From positions 1 to 45,718 of the forward strand of contig JAKQAH010000005.1 of the NCBI GenBank assembly GCA_029568545.1: 45,718 bases of DNA, given 5' to 3'. Origin of the DNA: Candidatus Omnitrophota bacterium. Its GTDB lineage: Bacteria; Omnitrophota; Gorgyraeia; Zapsychrales; Zapsychraceae. A program made the translations under genes and the position numbers. The notes under the pieces are model-generated. The model made no database searches, was not told where the DNA came from, and saw nothing but the letters and a program-made list of their open reading frames with translations. Within the stretch, counting starts at the first letter, position 1. The number at the start of each line of letters is the position of its first letter. Shown here in pieces: positions 18,815 through 27,818 of the stretch.

Positions 18815-20155
18815 TCACTGATTCAAGAAAATTTGAAATCCGGCGTAAGATTCCATCCCGTGTTCCCCAATATCCAACCCCTGCGTCTCTTCTTCTTTGG
18901 ATACGCGAATGCCGGTCGTCGCTTTTAAAACGCCGAATATGGCAAAGGCCGCTGCCGCCGCCGATAACCCGTAAGCGACTACGCCAATGAGCTGCACCGC
19001 AAAAGAATGCGCTGGATCTGTGCTGAAAATCCCGACTGCCAAGGTTCCCCAAACGCCGCAGACCAAGTGAACGGAAAGGGCGCCAACGGGATCATCGATC
19101 TTCAATTTTGTATCAAAAAAGATAACCGCCAAGACAACCAAAATGCCGGCAATCAAGCCAATGAGAATGGACGATAATATAGAAACCGTGTCCGCTCCGG
19201 CCGTAATGCCGACGAGACCAGCCAACGTGCCATTTAAAACCATGGACAGATCGGGCTTCTTCTGGATCCACTGAGACGTAAACATAGCCCCGGTCATCCC
19301 CGCACACGCGGCTAAGGATGTTGTAACCAGCACATAGGATACGGCCCCCGGATCGGCAGATAAAACAGACCCGCCGTTGAAGCCGAACCACCCCAGCCAC
19401 AGCATAAACACTCCGATCGTCGCAAGCGGCATGCTGTGACCCGGAATAGCTTTAATGGCTCCGTTGGCATATTTGCCTAGCCGTGGCCCAAGCAAGACTG
19501 CGCCAGCTAATGCCCCCCAGCCTCCAACAGAGTGAACCAGCGTCGAGCCGGCAAAATCATGAAATCCCATTTCGCTCAGCCATCCGCCGCCCCAATTCCA
19601 GCTGCCAAGAAACGGATAGACCAATCCGACAAAGAACACCGAGAAGATCAGAAAACTGTTCAATTTTACGCGCTCGGCAACGGCACCTGAAACGATTGTG
19701 GCTGCCGTTGCGGCAAACATCCCCTGAAATAAGAAATCCGTCCAGTAGGTATAATGCCCGTCCGCATAGGCGATGAGTCCGGCGGCTCCCTCCGGCGACG
19801 AGATGCCCCAGCCCGAAAACCCGAACCATTTCCCGAAAATCCAGGCATCCCCCGGATACATAAGATTGAATCCGCCGACCGCATAGGTCAGCAGCCCGAT
19901 ACCCACGATCGTGACATTCTTAAAGAGAATGTTGACCGTATTTTTAGATTGTGTGAGGCCTGACTCTACGGTGGCAAACCCCAAGCTCATGATAAAAACG
20001 AGAGCCGTCGAGATCATCATCCAGAGGTTATTAACCATGAACACCGCCTCGTCCGCAGTTGCCGCTTCGGCCAGGCCGTAAAACCCGCCGAAAAAAGCAA
20101 CCAGCCCGACGATTATCCCCATTTTTCCTACTTTCTTTAAAAAGTCGTCTAACAT
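18815..20155 (-). CDS. amtB: ammonium transporter
   Basis: The Amt/MEP core includes DFAGSTLVHSVGGW and is multi-TM. The ATG at 20155 (MLDDFLKK...) is preceded by GGGAGGG. The 71 extra codons in the track ORF cover the leader terminators. Confidence 0.93.
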   Translation of the reverse strand: MLDDFLKKVGKMGIIVGLVAFFGGFYGLAEAATADEAVFMVNNLWMMISTALVFIMSLGFATVESGLTQSKNTVNILFKNVTIVGIGLLTYAVGGFNLMYPGDAWIFGKWFGFSGWGISSPEGAAGLIAYADGHYTYWTDFLFQGMFAATAATIVSGAVAERVKLNSFLIFSVFFVGLVYPFLGSWNWGGGWLSEMGFHDFAGSTLVHSVGGWGALAGAVLLGPRLGKYANGAIKAIPGHSMPLATIGVFMLWLGWFGFNGGSVLSADPGAVSYVLVTTSLAACAGMTGAMFTSQWIQKKPDLSMVLNGTLAGLVGITAGADTVSILSSILIGLIAGILVVLAVIFFDTKLKIDDPVGALSVHLVCGVWGTLAVGIFSTDPAHSFAVQLIGVVAYGLSAAAAAFAIFGVLKATTGIRVSKEEETQGLDIGEHGMESYAGFQIFLNQ

Positions 20156-20185
20156 TTTTCCCTCCCGTTGAATGTGTTTTTGACC

Positions 20186-20229
20186 AAAAAAAATCCTCTC
20201 CGAAAACCCTTCAGGGCTTCCAAAGAGGA
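20186..20229 (-). terminator. amtB leader terminator 2
   Basis: UCCUCUUUGGAAGCCC[UGAA]GGGUUUUCGGAGAGGA, 16 bp including 4 G.U, followed by U8. It ends 30 nt before the amtB ATG. Confidence 0.8.
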
Positions 20230-20258
20230 CGTCACTGTCCAACAGCATCTTTGCTTTT
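20227..20258 (-). promoter_or_regulatory. ANTAR-type dual hexaloop element, unit 2
   Basis: AAAAGC[AAAGAU]GCUGUU is immediately followed by GGAC[AGUGAC]GUCC. Both loops have A1/G4, and the P2 3' arm overlaps the terminator 2 5' arm. Confidence 0.6.
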
Positions 20259-20315
20259 ATGTAAAAGCCGGCGATCTTTGAATAAATCCGGAACGTCCGA
20301 CTGTGATCTGGGCAC

Positions 20316-20355
20316 AAAAAAACCCGACTTCCACGGAACTCTGTGGTAGGTCGGG
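20316..20355 (-). terminator. amtB leader terminator 1
   Basis: CCCGAC-CUA-CCAC[AGAGUUCC]GUGG-AA-GUCGGG followed by U7. Confidence 0.7.
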
Positions 20356-20394
20356 CCGCGTTGCCCAAAAATTTTCTAAACCATCATCGGTTTA
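20353..20394 (-). promoter_or_regulatory. ANTAR-type dual hexaloop element, unit 1
   Basis: UAAACC[GAUGAU]GGUUUA, a 10-nt linker, then GGGC[AACGCG]GCCC. The P2 loop has A1/G4 and its 3' arm shares CCC with the terminator 1 5' arm. The P1 loop has G at position 1, a deviation. Confidence 0.55.
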
Positions 20395-20418
20395 ACTGCT
20401 TGCTTCTAAGACTCTGCA

Positions 20419-20447
20419 AGTATACAAGCCGTTTGTGCGCCTGTCAA
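20419..20447 (-). promoter_or_regulatory. sigma70-type promoter for amtB-glnB (TTGACA-17-TATACT)
   Basis: -35 at 20447..20442 and -10 at 20424..20419 on the minus strand, 12 nt after the regulator stop. Confidence 0.65.
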
Positions 20448-20458
20448 GAAATTATTTC

Positions 20459-21697
20459 TTATTTCTTTTTTTGAAACTCATCCATCAAAAGAATTGATTC
20501 CGCGATCTCTTTCATGGACCGGCAGGAATCCATACTTTTTTTATGGATCATTTTATGCGCTTCCTCCTCGGAGAGGCCGCTCAAGCGCATGAGCACGCCC
20601 TTGGCCCGCTCAACCAATTTTCTTGTCTCCAAAGCCTCTTTGGCGTTCAAGGCCTCCTGCATGAGATGCGTATTTTCAACCGCGATGGCCGCTTGATTCG
20701 CGACCATTTGCAGCACATTGATCTCTTCGCGAGTAAACGTGTGCGGCTCTTTGGTGTAAACGTTGACAACGCCGATGGAATGGTCTTTGACGACCATCGG
20801 CACGGAAAGCATCGAGGTCAGCCCCTCTCTGATCGCCAAATCGCGGAACCCGTATTTTTGCTCCGTGCGCACATCATCCACGGTGACGGGTTTTTTGGCC
20901 TTCATGGCCTCTCCGGCAACGCTGCCGTGCGCCTTGACGTTAGGTTTGTTCTTGTATTCCAGGCTCAAGCTCTGCGAAGCCTTGATGACAAGCTCGTCGT
21001 GCTTTTCATCCAGCAGCATAATGGAGCATATCTTGGAATTGAGCATCTCGGCCGTCACGACCACAATCAGGTTGAGGATCTCATCAATATAGTTCTCGGA
21101 AGTAATCGATTGGCTGACCTTCACCAGGCTGTCGAATTGCAAAGCCTTTTGCTTGATATCCTGGAACAGCCGCGCATGCTCGATCACGCCGCTGATCTGC
21201 TTGGCGATCAGCGTGATCATGCCGATCGTTGCGGGAGTATATTCGTGCGCTTTTTTGTGCTGGATATTCACGACGCCGATGGCTTCGTTATTATAGATGA
21301 TCGGGACCGAAAGAAAAGCCTCGTAGCGGTCTTCGGGCAGCACATCAAAACCCTTGAAACGTTTGTCCTGATAGGCATTTTCCTTAATCGCGACGGGCTT
21401 GTTTTCCCGGGCAACCCATCCGGTGATCCCTTCGCCGGCCCTAAGATGGATCTTCCCCAGCTCTCGGGAGTGCGGCGTTTTGGAAGCCATCAGGACAAGG
21501 TTTTGCTTTTTCTCATCAAAGAGGTAAATAAAGACGGAGTCCGCCTTGGTGGCTTCCGTCATGACGCCGACCACTTCGGACAGGATCTTAGGAAGATCGG
21601 GCTGTGCATTGGTGATCTCCACAATCTTGCGTAAAACCCCAAGCTCTTGGCTTTGGCTGATATTCAGCTTTTTATTTTTTTCTTTTTTTGCGGTCAT
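20459..21697 (-). CDS. GAF-GAF-ANTAR RNA-binding antiterminator-type regulator
   Basis: 412 aa with two GAF-like modules (roughly residues 20-180 and 190-350). The C-terminal ANTAR helix bundle reads ALETRKLVERAKGVLMRLSGLSEEEAHKMIHKKSMDSCRSMKEIAESIL. There is no receiver domain. Confidence 0.85.
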   Translation of the reverse strand: MTAKKEKNKKLNISQSQELGVLRKIVEITNAQPDLPKILSEVVGVMTEATKADSVFIYLFDEKKQNLVLMASKTPHSRELGKIHLRAGEGITGWVARENKPVAIKENAYQDKRFKGFDVLPEDRYEAFLSVPIIYNNEAIGVVNIQHKKAHEYTPATIGMITLIAKQISGVIEHARLFQDIKQKALQFDSLVKVSQSITSENYIDEILNLIVVVTAEMLNSKICSIMLLDEKHDELVIKASQSLSLEYKNKPNVKAHGSVAGEAMKAKKPVTVDDVRTEQKYGFRDLAIREGLTSMLSVPMVVKDHSIGVVNVYTKEPHTFTREEINVLQMVANQAAIAVENTHLMQEALNAKEALETRKLVERAKGVLMRLSGLSEEEAHKMIHKKSMDSCRSMKEIAESILLMDEFQKKK

Positions 21698-21717
21698 GTT
21701 TGCCTTATACTGCGCTT

Positions 21718-21885
21718 GTGAACTATCTTGCTGCTTTTCTTGTCTTTAGCCTTTGCTTTCTGGGCATGGCGCTCGGCCTGATCCTTGCCCGGAAAACTTT
21801 GCGCAAAGGATGCTCTCTGGACCCCGATTCCTGCGCCTGCCGCAGAGAAGGCAAAGACCCCTCTTCATGCGAACATGCAAATTGA
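21718..21885 (+). CDS. small single-TM Cys-rich protein, NqrM (DUF539)-like candidate
   Basis: VNYLAAFLVFSLCFLGMALGLILARKTLRKGCSLDPDSCACRREGKDPSSCEHAN, one TM helix then a basic stretch and C-x6-C-x-C-x9-C. It fills the nqrF/regulator spacer. The start is uncertain (GTG 21718, TTG 21700 or TTG 21688) and no SD is visible. Confidence 0.45.
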   Translation: MNYLAAFLVFSLCFLGMALGLILARKTLRKGCSLDPDSCACRREGKDPSSCEHAN

Positions 21886-21903
21886 AATTCCGATCTATAA
21901 AAT

Positions 21904-23142
21904 TTATCCGAACGAATCAAACGCGATCATTTCCGGCGGAACCCCGAGCGAATCCAGCATTTTCTGGACGGCGCTGATCATCATCGGCGGGCCGCAGAGA
22001 TAATATTCAACTTCTTCCGGCTGCTCATGATTCTTCAAATAATTCTCGTAAAGCACGCTATGGATAAACCCGGTATACCCAGCCCATTGATCCTCCGGAA
22101 GAGCCTCGGATAATCCTATATTATAAGAGAAATTGGGAAATGCGTTAGCAAGTTCTTTGAATTCGTTATCATAGAACATTTCTCGTTTCGAGCGCGCGCC
22201 GTACCAAAAACTTATTTTTCGATCGCGCGTCTTAAGCGTCTTAAGCAAATGGAACAAGTGGCTCCGCATCGGAGCCATGCCGGCGCCGCCTCCGACGTAA
22301 ATCATTTCCCGTTTTGTATCCTTGATAAAAAATTCCCCGTAGGGCCCGCTGACCGTGACGCGATCCCCCGGTTTTAAGTTGAATATAAAAGATGAGGCTT
22401 TCCCTGGAGGCAGGTGCATGCTGCCCGCCGGAGGCGTTGCAATACGGACATTCAGCATGATGATATCGTTTTCCGCAGGATAGCTGGCCATGGAGTAGGC
22501 GCGGAAAATGGGCTCGTCATTTTCCGCCTTCAGGTCCCAAAGACGATATTTATCCCAATCGGAACGATATTTCTCTTCAATGGCAAATTCCTTATAGCTC
22601 AATTTGTACGGGGGGATATCTATCTGGATGTAACCCCCGGCCTTAAAATCCAATTTCTGCCCAGCGGGCATCTGGAGAATGAGCTCTTTGATAAACGTCG
22701 CGACATTGTGGTTTGTCCGGACCGTACATTCGAATTTCCGAATGTTGAATATTTCCTCGGGAACATGGATCTTCATATCGCCGCGGACCTTGACCTGGCA
22801 CGCCAAACGGTAATGCTTCTTTTGTTCCCCGCGGGAAATGAGCCCTTTCTCCGTCTGCAATATATCTCCACCGCCTTCCAAGACCTGGCACTTGCACATT
22901 GCGCAGGTTCCTCCCCCGCCGCACGCCGAAGGAAGGAAAATCTTATTGTTCGAAAGCGTGCTCAGAAGGGATTTGCCTCCGGAGACAACGAGCGGCTCGG
23001 CTTCATCATTGATCAGGATCTTACACTCGCCTTTTTTAGCGACTTTTGATTCGACAAAAGTGAGCAAAAAGATCAGAATGAAAATGATCCCGACAAAAAC
23101 GCCTACACTCAATAGCACAAACGGAATAAAGCCCACGTTCAT
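21904..23142 (-). CDS. nqrF: Na+-translocating NADH:quinone oxidoreductase subunit F
   Basis: N-terminal TM helix, 2Fe-2S ferredoxin motif [12 protein letters not shown], and an FAD/NADH-binding domain ([15 protein letters not shown]). Confidence 0.95.
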   Translation of the reverse strand: MNVGFIPFVLLSVGVFVGIIFILIFLLTFVESKVAKKGECKILINDEAEPLVVSGGKSLLSTLSNNKIFLPSACGGGGTCAMCKCQVLEGGGDILQTEKGLISRGEQKKHYRLACQVKVRGDMKIHVPEEIFNIRKFECTVRTNHNVATFIKELILQMPAGQKLDFKAGGYIQIDIPPYKLSYKEFAIEEKYRSDWDKYRLWDLKAENDEPIFRAYSMASYPAENDIIMLNVRIATPPAGSMHLPPGKASSFIFNLKPGDRVTVSGPYGEFFIKDTKREMIYVGGGAGMAPMRSHLFHLLKTLKTRDRKISFWYGARSKREMFYDNEFKELANAFPNFSYNIGLSEALPEDQWAGYTGFIHSVLYENYLKNHEQPEEVEYYLCGPPMMISAVQKMLDSLGVPPEMIAFDSFG

Positions 23143-23151
23143 TTTCCTTCA

Positions 23152-23763
23152 TTAAAAACTGATGCCCGCAAAACACAGAAAGCCCATCGCCATCAATCCG
23201 GTCATGAGCATCGTGATCCCCAGGCCCCTCAACGGCCTCGGAACATTAGAATATTGCAACTTTTTCCGTATCGCCGCCATGGCGACGATCGCCAAAGCCC
23301 AGCCGATGCCCGACCCCACCCCAAAAACAAGGGATTCCCCAAAGTTATAATCGCGCTCGTCCATGAGAAGAGACGCTCCTAAGATAGCGCAGTTCACGGC
23401 GATCAGAGGAAGAAAGATCCCCAAAGCGGCGTAAAGCGCCGGGCTATATCGGTCGATAACCATCTCGACGATCTGGACCATCGCCGCGATGACCGCGATA
23501 AACGCGATGAAACTCAGGAAGCTTAAATCCGCTTGCGGTAAGCCGGCCCATGCCAGGGCCCCCGGAGCCAGGAGAAAATGATTGATAGCCCAGTTCATCG
23601 GCGTCGTGATCGTCATCACAAAGACCACCGCGATGCCAAGCCCCACGGCCGTCTCGATCTTTTTCGAGCAGGCCAAGAACGAACACATGCCCAAAAAATA
23701 GGCCAGAAGAATATTTTCGACAAATATGCTTTTGATCGCCAAGCTTAAATAATGTTCGACCAT
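23152..23763 (-). CDS. nqrE: Na+-NQR subunit E
   Basis: 203-aa polytopic NqrDE/RnfAE-family protein, in operon order. Confidence 0.9.
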   Translation of the reverse strand: MVEHYLSLAIKSIFVENILLAYFLGMCSFLACSKKIETAVGLGIAVVFVMTITTPMNWAINHFLLAPGALAWAGLPQADLSFLSFIAFIAVIAAMVQIVEMVIDRYSPALYAALGIFLPLIAVNCAILGASLLMDERDYNFGESLVFGVGSGIGWALAIVAMAAIRKKLQYSNVPRPLRGLGITMLMTGLMAMGFLCFAGISF

Positions 23764-23781
23764 AAAAACCTTTTTTCCCTT

Positions 23782-24417
23782 TTAGGAATCTTCAGCATAG
23801 CCGCTGATGGCCCGCTGGATCCAAATAATGATCCCCAAAAGAAAGAACGCCCCCGGCGCAATGACCATGACGCCGCAATTGATATACCCCGCGTCATAAA
23901 AAGATTGCGGGATGACCGGCGCGCCCAAGAGCGTGCCGCTGCCGAGAATTTCCCGGATCGTCCCAACGATGACCAAAATGCCGCTATACCCCAGTCCGTT
24001 TCCAAGTCCGTCGAGAAAAGACTTCCACGGCGGATTGGCCATCGCGTAGGCCTCGGCCCGGCCCATCACAATGCAGTTGGTGATGATCAGCCCGACAAAG
24101 ACGCTGAGCTGCTTGCTGACATCGTACATATAAGCTTTCAGGAATTGGTCGGCCAAAATGACCAGCAGCGAAATGACCGAGAGCTGGACAATGATGCGTA
24201 TTTTCGACGGGATCCAGTTGCGCATAAGCGAGATCGCCACGTTGGACATCGCCACGACGAAGGTCAAAGAGGCGGACATGACAAGCGCCGTCTTAAGCTG
24301 CGTCGTGACAGCCAGCGTCGAACAGATCCCCAGGATCTGGAACGTGATCGGGTTATTGTCCCAAAGCCCGTCCTTAAAAACTTTTTTGTTCTTTCTTGAA
24401 AAAAGAGATTCTGCCAT
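23782..24417 (-). CDS. nqrD: Na+-NQR subunit D
   Basis: NqrDE/RnfAE family. The ATG at 24417 ([12 protein letters not shown]...) avoids overlap with nqrC. Confidence 0.9.
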   Translation of the reverse strand: MAESLFSRKNKKVFKDGLWDNNPITFQILGICSTLAVTTQLKTALVMSASLTFVVAMSNVAISLMRNWIPSKIRIIVQLSVISLLVILADQFLKAYMYDVSKQLSVFVGLIITNCIVMGRAEAYAMANPPWKSFLDGLGNGLGYSGILVIVGTIREILGSGTLLGAPVIPQSFYDAGYINCGVMVIAPGAFFLLGIIIWIQRAISGYAEDS

Positions 24418-24434
24418 TTTTTGATCCCTGGCCG

Positions 24435-25160
24435 CTAGAGTTCTTCCCGTTGCCTTATTTGCCCTAAAAACGGCTCGTAGGCGCGGACCCATTTGTCGAT
24501 CATCGCCGTCACCCCTTTCGAAGTCATCGTCGCGCCGGTGATCCCGTCAACATGGAACGGCGCGTTCTCCTCGGAAACACTATCGGCGACCTTTCCTTTT
24601 ATAACCTTGACCGGCGAAAGCATATTTTTTGCCGCATCCCAGATCTTTTTTCCTTTAAAATTGTTCTGAAACCAGCTCTTTTCGATCTCAGCCCCTAGGC
24701 CGGGCGTTTCCCCGTGCTTGTAGAACGTGATCCCTCTGACCGTGACCGCATCGGATTCCAGAGCAAAATAGCCGTAGAGCGTTGACCATAATCCTTTGCC
24801 GACAATCGGGAAACAATAGGCCATGATTTGCCCGTGCTCCTTATAAACATAAAGAGGAGAGAGGCCTTCTCCTTCCTTGATGTCGCTGGGCAACTTTCCC
24901 TCAACAAAAAGCCCCTGGCTATTTAAGACTTTTTCCTCGATCTTTTGCTTATAAATAGCCAAAACTTCCTGGGCTTTAGCTTCGGGAGGGATCGGGTCCT
25001 TTAGACCGACCGCCTTCAGGATGTTTTTCTTGATATCCAGGGCCACGTTCATTTCTTGCTTGGCTTTCAGCCCTTGGGAAACGGCGGACAGCGAAAGGCT
25101 GCAGACCACACAGACGGCAAAGGCAAACATGAACGTATAGCGGTTACTTTGCGGCGGCAC
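24435..25160 (-). CDS. nqrC: Na+-NQR subunit C (FMN-binding)
   Basis: Covalent-FMN motif [12 protein letters not shown] prefer the GTG at 25160, which has AAGGAGA 7 nt upstream and overlaps the nqrB end by 17 nt. The track start is 25196. Confidence 0.88.
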   Translation of the reverse strand: MPPQSNRYTFMFAFAVCVVCSLSLSAVSQGLKAKQEMNVALDIKKNILKAVGLKDPIPPEAKAQEVLAIYKQKIEEKVLNSQGLFVEGKLPSDIKEGEGLSPLYVYKEHGQIMAYCFPIVGKGLWSTLYGYFALESDAVTVRGITFYKHGETPGLGAEIEKSWFQNNFKGKKIWDAAKNMLSPVKVIKGKVADSVSEENAPFHVDGITGATMTSKGVTAMIDKWVRAYEPFLGQIRQREEL

Positions 25161-26313
25161 GGGTGATTCTCCTTCTAATATTCCGTCGGACAACAAAATG
25201 ATCGATCAGCGGCGCAAAGATATTCATGAATAAAATAGCCAGCATAACGCCTTCCGGATACGCCGGGTTCACGACGCGGATGAGAACAACCAAAAGGCCG
25301 ATCATGACCCCGTAGATCCAGCAACCGAGATCCGTTGCGCTCGATGAGACCGGATCAGTTGCCATGAAGATCGCCCCAAAAGCGAATCCTCCCAAAGCTA
25401 TGTGCCAATGCGGCGGCAAAGAAAAAAGCGCCAGCGTTCCGGCCCCATGCAGAAAATAAAAAACGGAGCTCATGGCTGTTAATCCCAAAAAGCATCCGGC
25501 GACAATTCTCCAGCTGGCAACACGCGTTATTAACAGAAACGCGAGGCCGATCAGACAGGCCAAGGTCGATGTCTCGCCGATGGATCCGGGAATAAACCCT
25601 AAGAAAATATCCTGGAACGTATAGCCGGCCTGGTGTAGCGCGGCAACGGCTGAGGTGCCCCGCTGCGCTGCCGCAGCGACCGCCAAAGGCGTAGCCCTGG
25701 TGAATCCGTCAACAGCGACAAAAACGGCGTCGCCCGACATTTGGGCCGGGTAGGCAAAGAACACGAATGCGCGGGCGGTCAACGCCGGATTGAGAACGTT
25801 CATCCCCGTGCCTCCGAAAATTTCCTTGCCGATCACGACGCCAAACGAAATGCCGACGGCCACTTGCCACAAAGGAATGGTCGGCGGTAAAACCAACGCG
25901 TAAAGAATGCCCGTCACCAGGAACCCTTCGTTGATCTCATGCTTGCGGACCACCGCGAACAAAACTTCCCAGAACCCGCCGGCCGCATACGAAACCAGAA
26001 TGATCGGCAGGACTTTTTGCAACCCTTGCCCAAAAGCCGTTGCCCATGAATGCTCCGCGGCGCTCGCCATCTGGATCTGATAGCCTGTATTGTAAATGCC
26101 CATCACGATGCACGGGAACAATGCAACGACAACGGAAATCATGACGCGCTTAAGATCGATAGCATCGCGGATATAGGGCGCCCTTTGTGTTTTCGTTCCC
26201 GGAGTTAACAGAAACGTGTCCAGCGCCTCATAAACGGGATACAATTTCGCCAGAGGCTTTCCTTTCGCGAAAAGCGTTTCAACCTTCTTCATTTGATTCT
26301 CCAAGAATCCCAT
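25144..26313 (-). CDS. nqrB: Na+-NQR subunit B
   Basis: 389-aa polytopic NqrB/RnfD-family protein, in operon order. Confidence 0.92.
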   Translation of the reverse strand: MGFLENQMKKVETLFAKGKPLAKLYPVYEALDTFLLTPGTKTQRAPYIRDAIDLKRVMISVVVALFPCIVMGIYNTGYQIQMASAAEHSWATAFGQGLQKVLPIILVSYAAGGFWEVLFAVVRKHEINEGFLVTGILYALVLPPTIPLWQVAVGISFGVVIGKEIFGGTGMNVLNPALTARAFVFFAYPAQMSGDAVFVAVDGFTRATPLAVAAAAQRGTSAVAALHQAGYTFQDIFLGFIPGSIGETSTLACLIGLAFLLITRVASWRIVAGCFLGLTAMSSVFYFLHGAGTLALFSLPPHWHIALGGFAFGAIFMATDPVSSSATDLGCWIYGVMIGLLVVLIRVVNPAYPEGVMLAILFMNIFAPLIDHFVVRRNIRRRITRAAAK

Positions 26314-26319
26314 AAGCGA

Positions 26320-27669
26320 TCACTCGTCTTTATCGATCAAAGCCAATCCGTCGTCAATAATGCTGCCTATATCCGTCTTGGACGGGCAGGCGAAAGAGCA
26401 CAAAGCAAAATCTTCGCCGTCGCATTCCAAAATGCCTAACGCTTCCGCTTCCTCGATGTCTTTGGCCAAAACCGCGCGCACAAGAAAATAGGTCATGATA
26501 TCCAGCGGGACCAAAGAATCATAAATGCCGTTGAGAACAATAGCGCGGTCGCTGCCGTGCTTGTCCGAATCCAGAGAACGTTCGCTCTCTCGCAAAAAAG
26601 ATGAAACGAACAGCCTCGAGAAACTGTATTTATTGATCCCGGGAGAAAGCCACCCCAAGAATTCTCTTTTCCCTCCTTCAGGAATAATCGTGACCTGCGC
26701 GTCGTAAAAACGCACGAACCCTTCTTCGCTGACATCTTTTCCGGCTAAAACACTGCCGGAAAGACACCGCATCCCCGAGGGAATATGTCCGCCCAGAAGG
26801 CTCCTCACCGGGGCGCCGATAACGGTGTTCGCATAACAATGATGCCCTTGCGCGCCCTCGCCTGTAACCGCAACGATCCTGTTAGATACGTGCACGCCTT
26901 CAAGAAAAAGCCGCGCCACTCTCAAAACATCCGCGGCTTCAATATACCAAACAATATCCCCTTTGCTGATCGGGTCCACCCAATGGATATGCGTACTCAC
27001 ATTGCCGGCTGGATGAGGGCCGGAAAAAGAGTGTTTTTGAACTCCGCTGGCCTGCGTCAGAGTTTTTGATTTGGCCTCCCCGCTGGTACATAGATGGAGT
27101 TCGCCGTCGGTCAATTTCTTTAAAATATGGAGACCGACCTGAAAGGCCGGTTGTTGGCCCTCAAGGATAACATCAAGATCAGGCGCCAGCGGTTCGGTAT
27201 TCATGGCATGAATAAAAATACTTTTGGGAGTGTCGTGCGGATCGGCAACTTTGGAGAACGGTCTCTGGCGGATCACCGGCCAGAGATTTCCATGCAGGAG
27301 AATCCGGATAACATCTTCTCTGGAGAGATGGCTGGGAAGGCCGGGGATCTTTTCGAAAGCCTCTTGCTCCTGTTTTCCGTCCGTCTCGACAACGACAGAA
27401 AGAAGCGCCCGTTTTTCTCCCCGGTTGATCGCCGCGACAGTCCCGCTTGCGGGGGAAGCAATACGGATTCCCGGACGAATCTTATCTTCGAGAAGCGGGC
27501 TCCCGACTTTCACCCGATCGCCAATTTTTACAACGGGCCGCAGCTTTAATCCTTTAAAATCGGACGGCTGGATGCCGATCTGCTTGGGAAGCGGCAGTTG
27601 GACGATTTCTTTTCTGGCGGCTCCTTTGATTCGGATATTCCGCCCTTTTCTTAAAGTAAACGTTCCCAC
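26320..27669 (-). CDS. nqrA: Na+-NQR subunit A
   Basis: 449 aa of soluble NqrA type, first gene of the operon. GTG start with AAGAGG upstream. Confidence 0.9.
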   Translation of the reverse strand: MGTFTLRKGRNIRIKGAARKEIVQLPLPKQIGIQPSDFKGLKLRPVVKIGDRVKVGSPLLEDKIRPGIRIASPASGTVAAINRGEKRALLSVVVETDGKQEQEAFEKIPGLPSHLSREDVIRILLHGNLWPVIRQRPFSKVADPHDTPKSIFIHAMNTEPLAPDLDVILEGQQPAFQVGLHILKKLTDGELHLCTSGEAKSKTLTQASGVQKHSFSGPHPAGNVSTHIHWVDPISKGDIVWYIEAADVLRVARLFLEGVHVSNRIVAVTGEGAQGHHCYANTVIGAPVRSLLGGHIPSGMRCLSGSVLAGKDVSEEGFVRFYDAQVTIIPEGGKREFLGWLSPGINKYSFSRLFVSSFLRESERSLDSDKHGSDRAIVLNGIYDSLVPLDIMTYFLVRAVLAKDIEEAEALGILECDGEDFALCSFACPSKTDIGSIIDDGLALIDKDE

Positions 27670-27743
27670 GCGCTAAAACCTCTTATAGATTTTGTGCTTT
27701 TTTCCAATCGTGACAGGTCCGCGTTCCAGAAAAATGAAGCGTT

Positions 27744-27772
27744 ATTATACGATTATTCTGGAAGCTTTACAA
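27744..27772 (-). promoter_or_regulatory. sigma70-type promoter for nqrA-F (TTGTAA-17-TATAAT)
   Basis: -35 at 27772..27767 and -10 at 27749..27744 on the minus strand, about 75 nt upstream of the nqrA start. Confidence 0.6.
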
Positions 27773-27818
27773 GATATTGTCCTCGTGCCTGCCGCCGGAA
27801 TCAGACGATGCTTTCCTG

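Noticed and set aside
18040-20368. N-terminally extended ORF-track models for amtB (start 20368), glnN (18087), glnB (18750), pheS (39286), rpoZ (43401) and nqrD (24492).
   Set aside because: The extensions run through terminator hairpins or upstream genes, several begin at TTG without an SD, and internal ATGs with strong AGGAG-type sites give canonical family N-termini.
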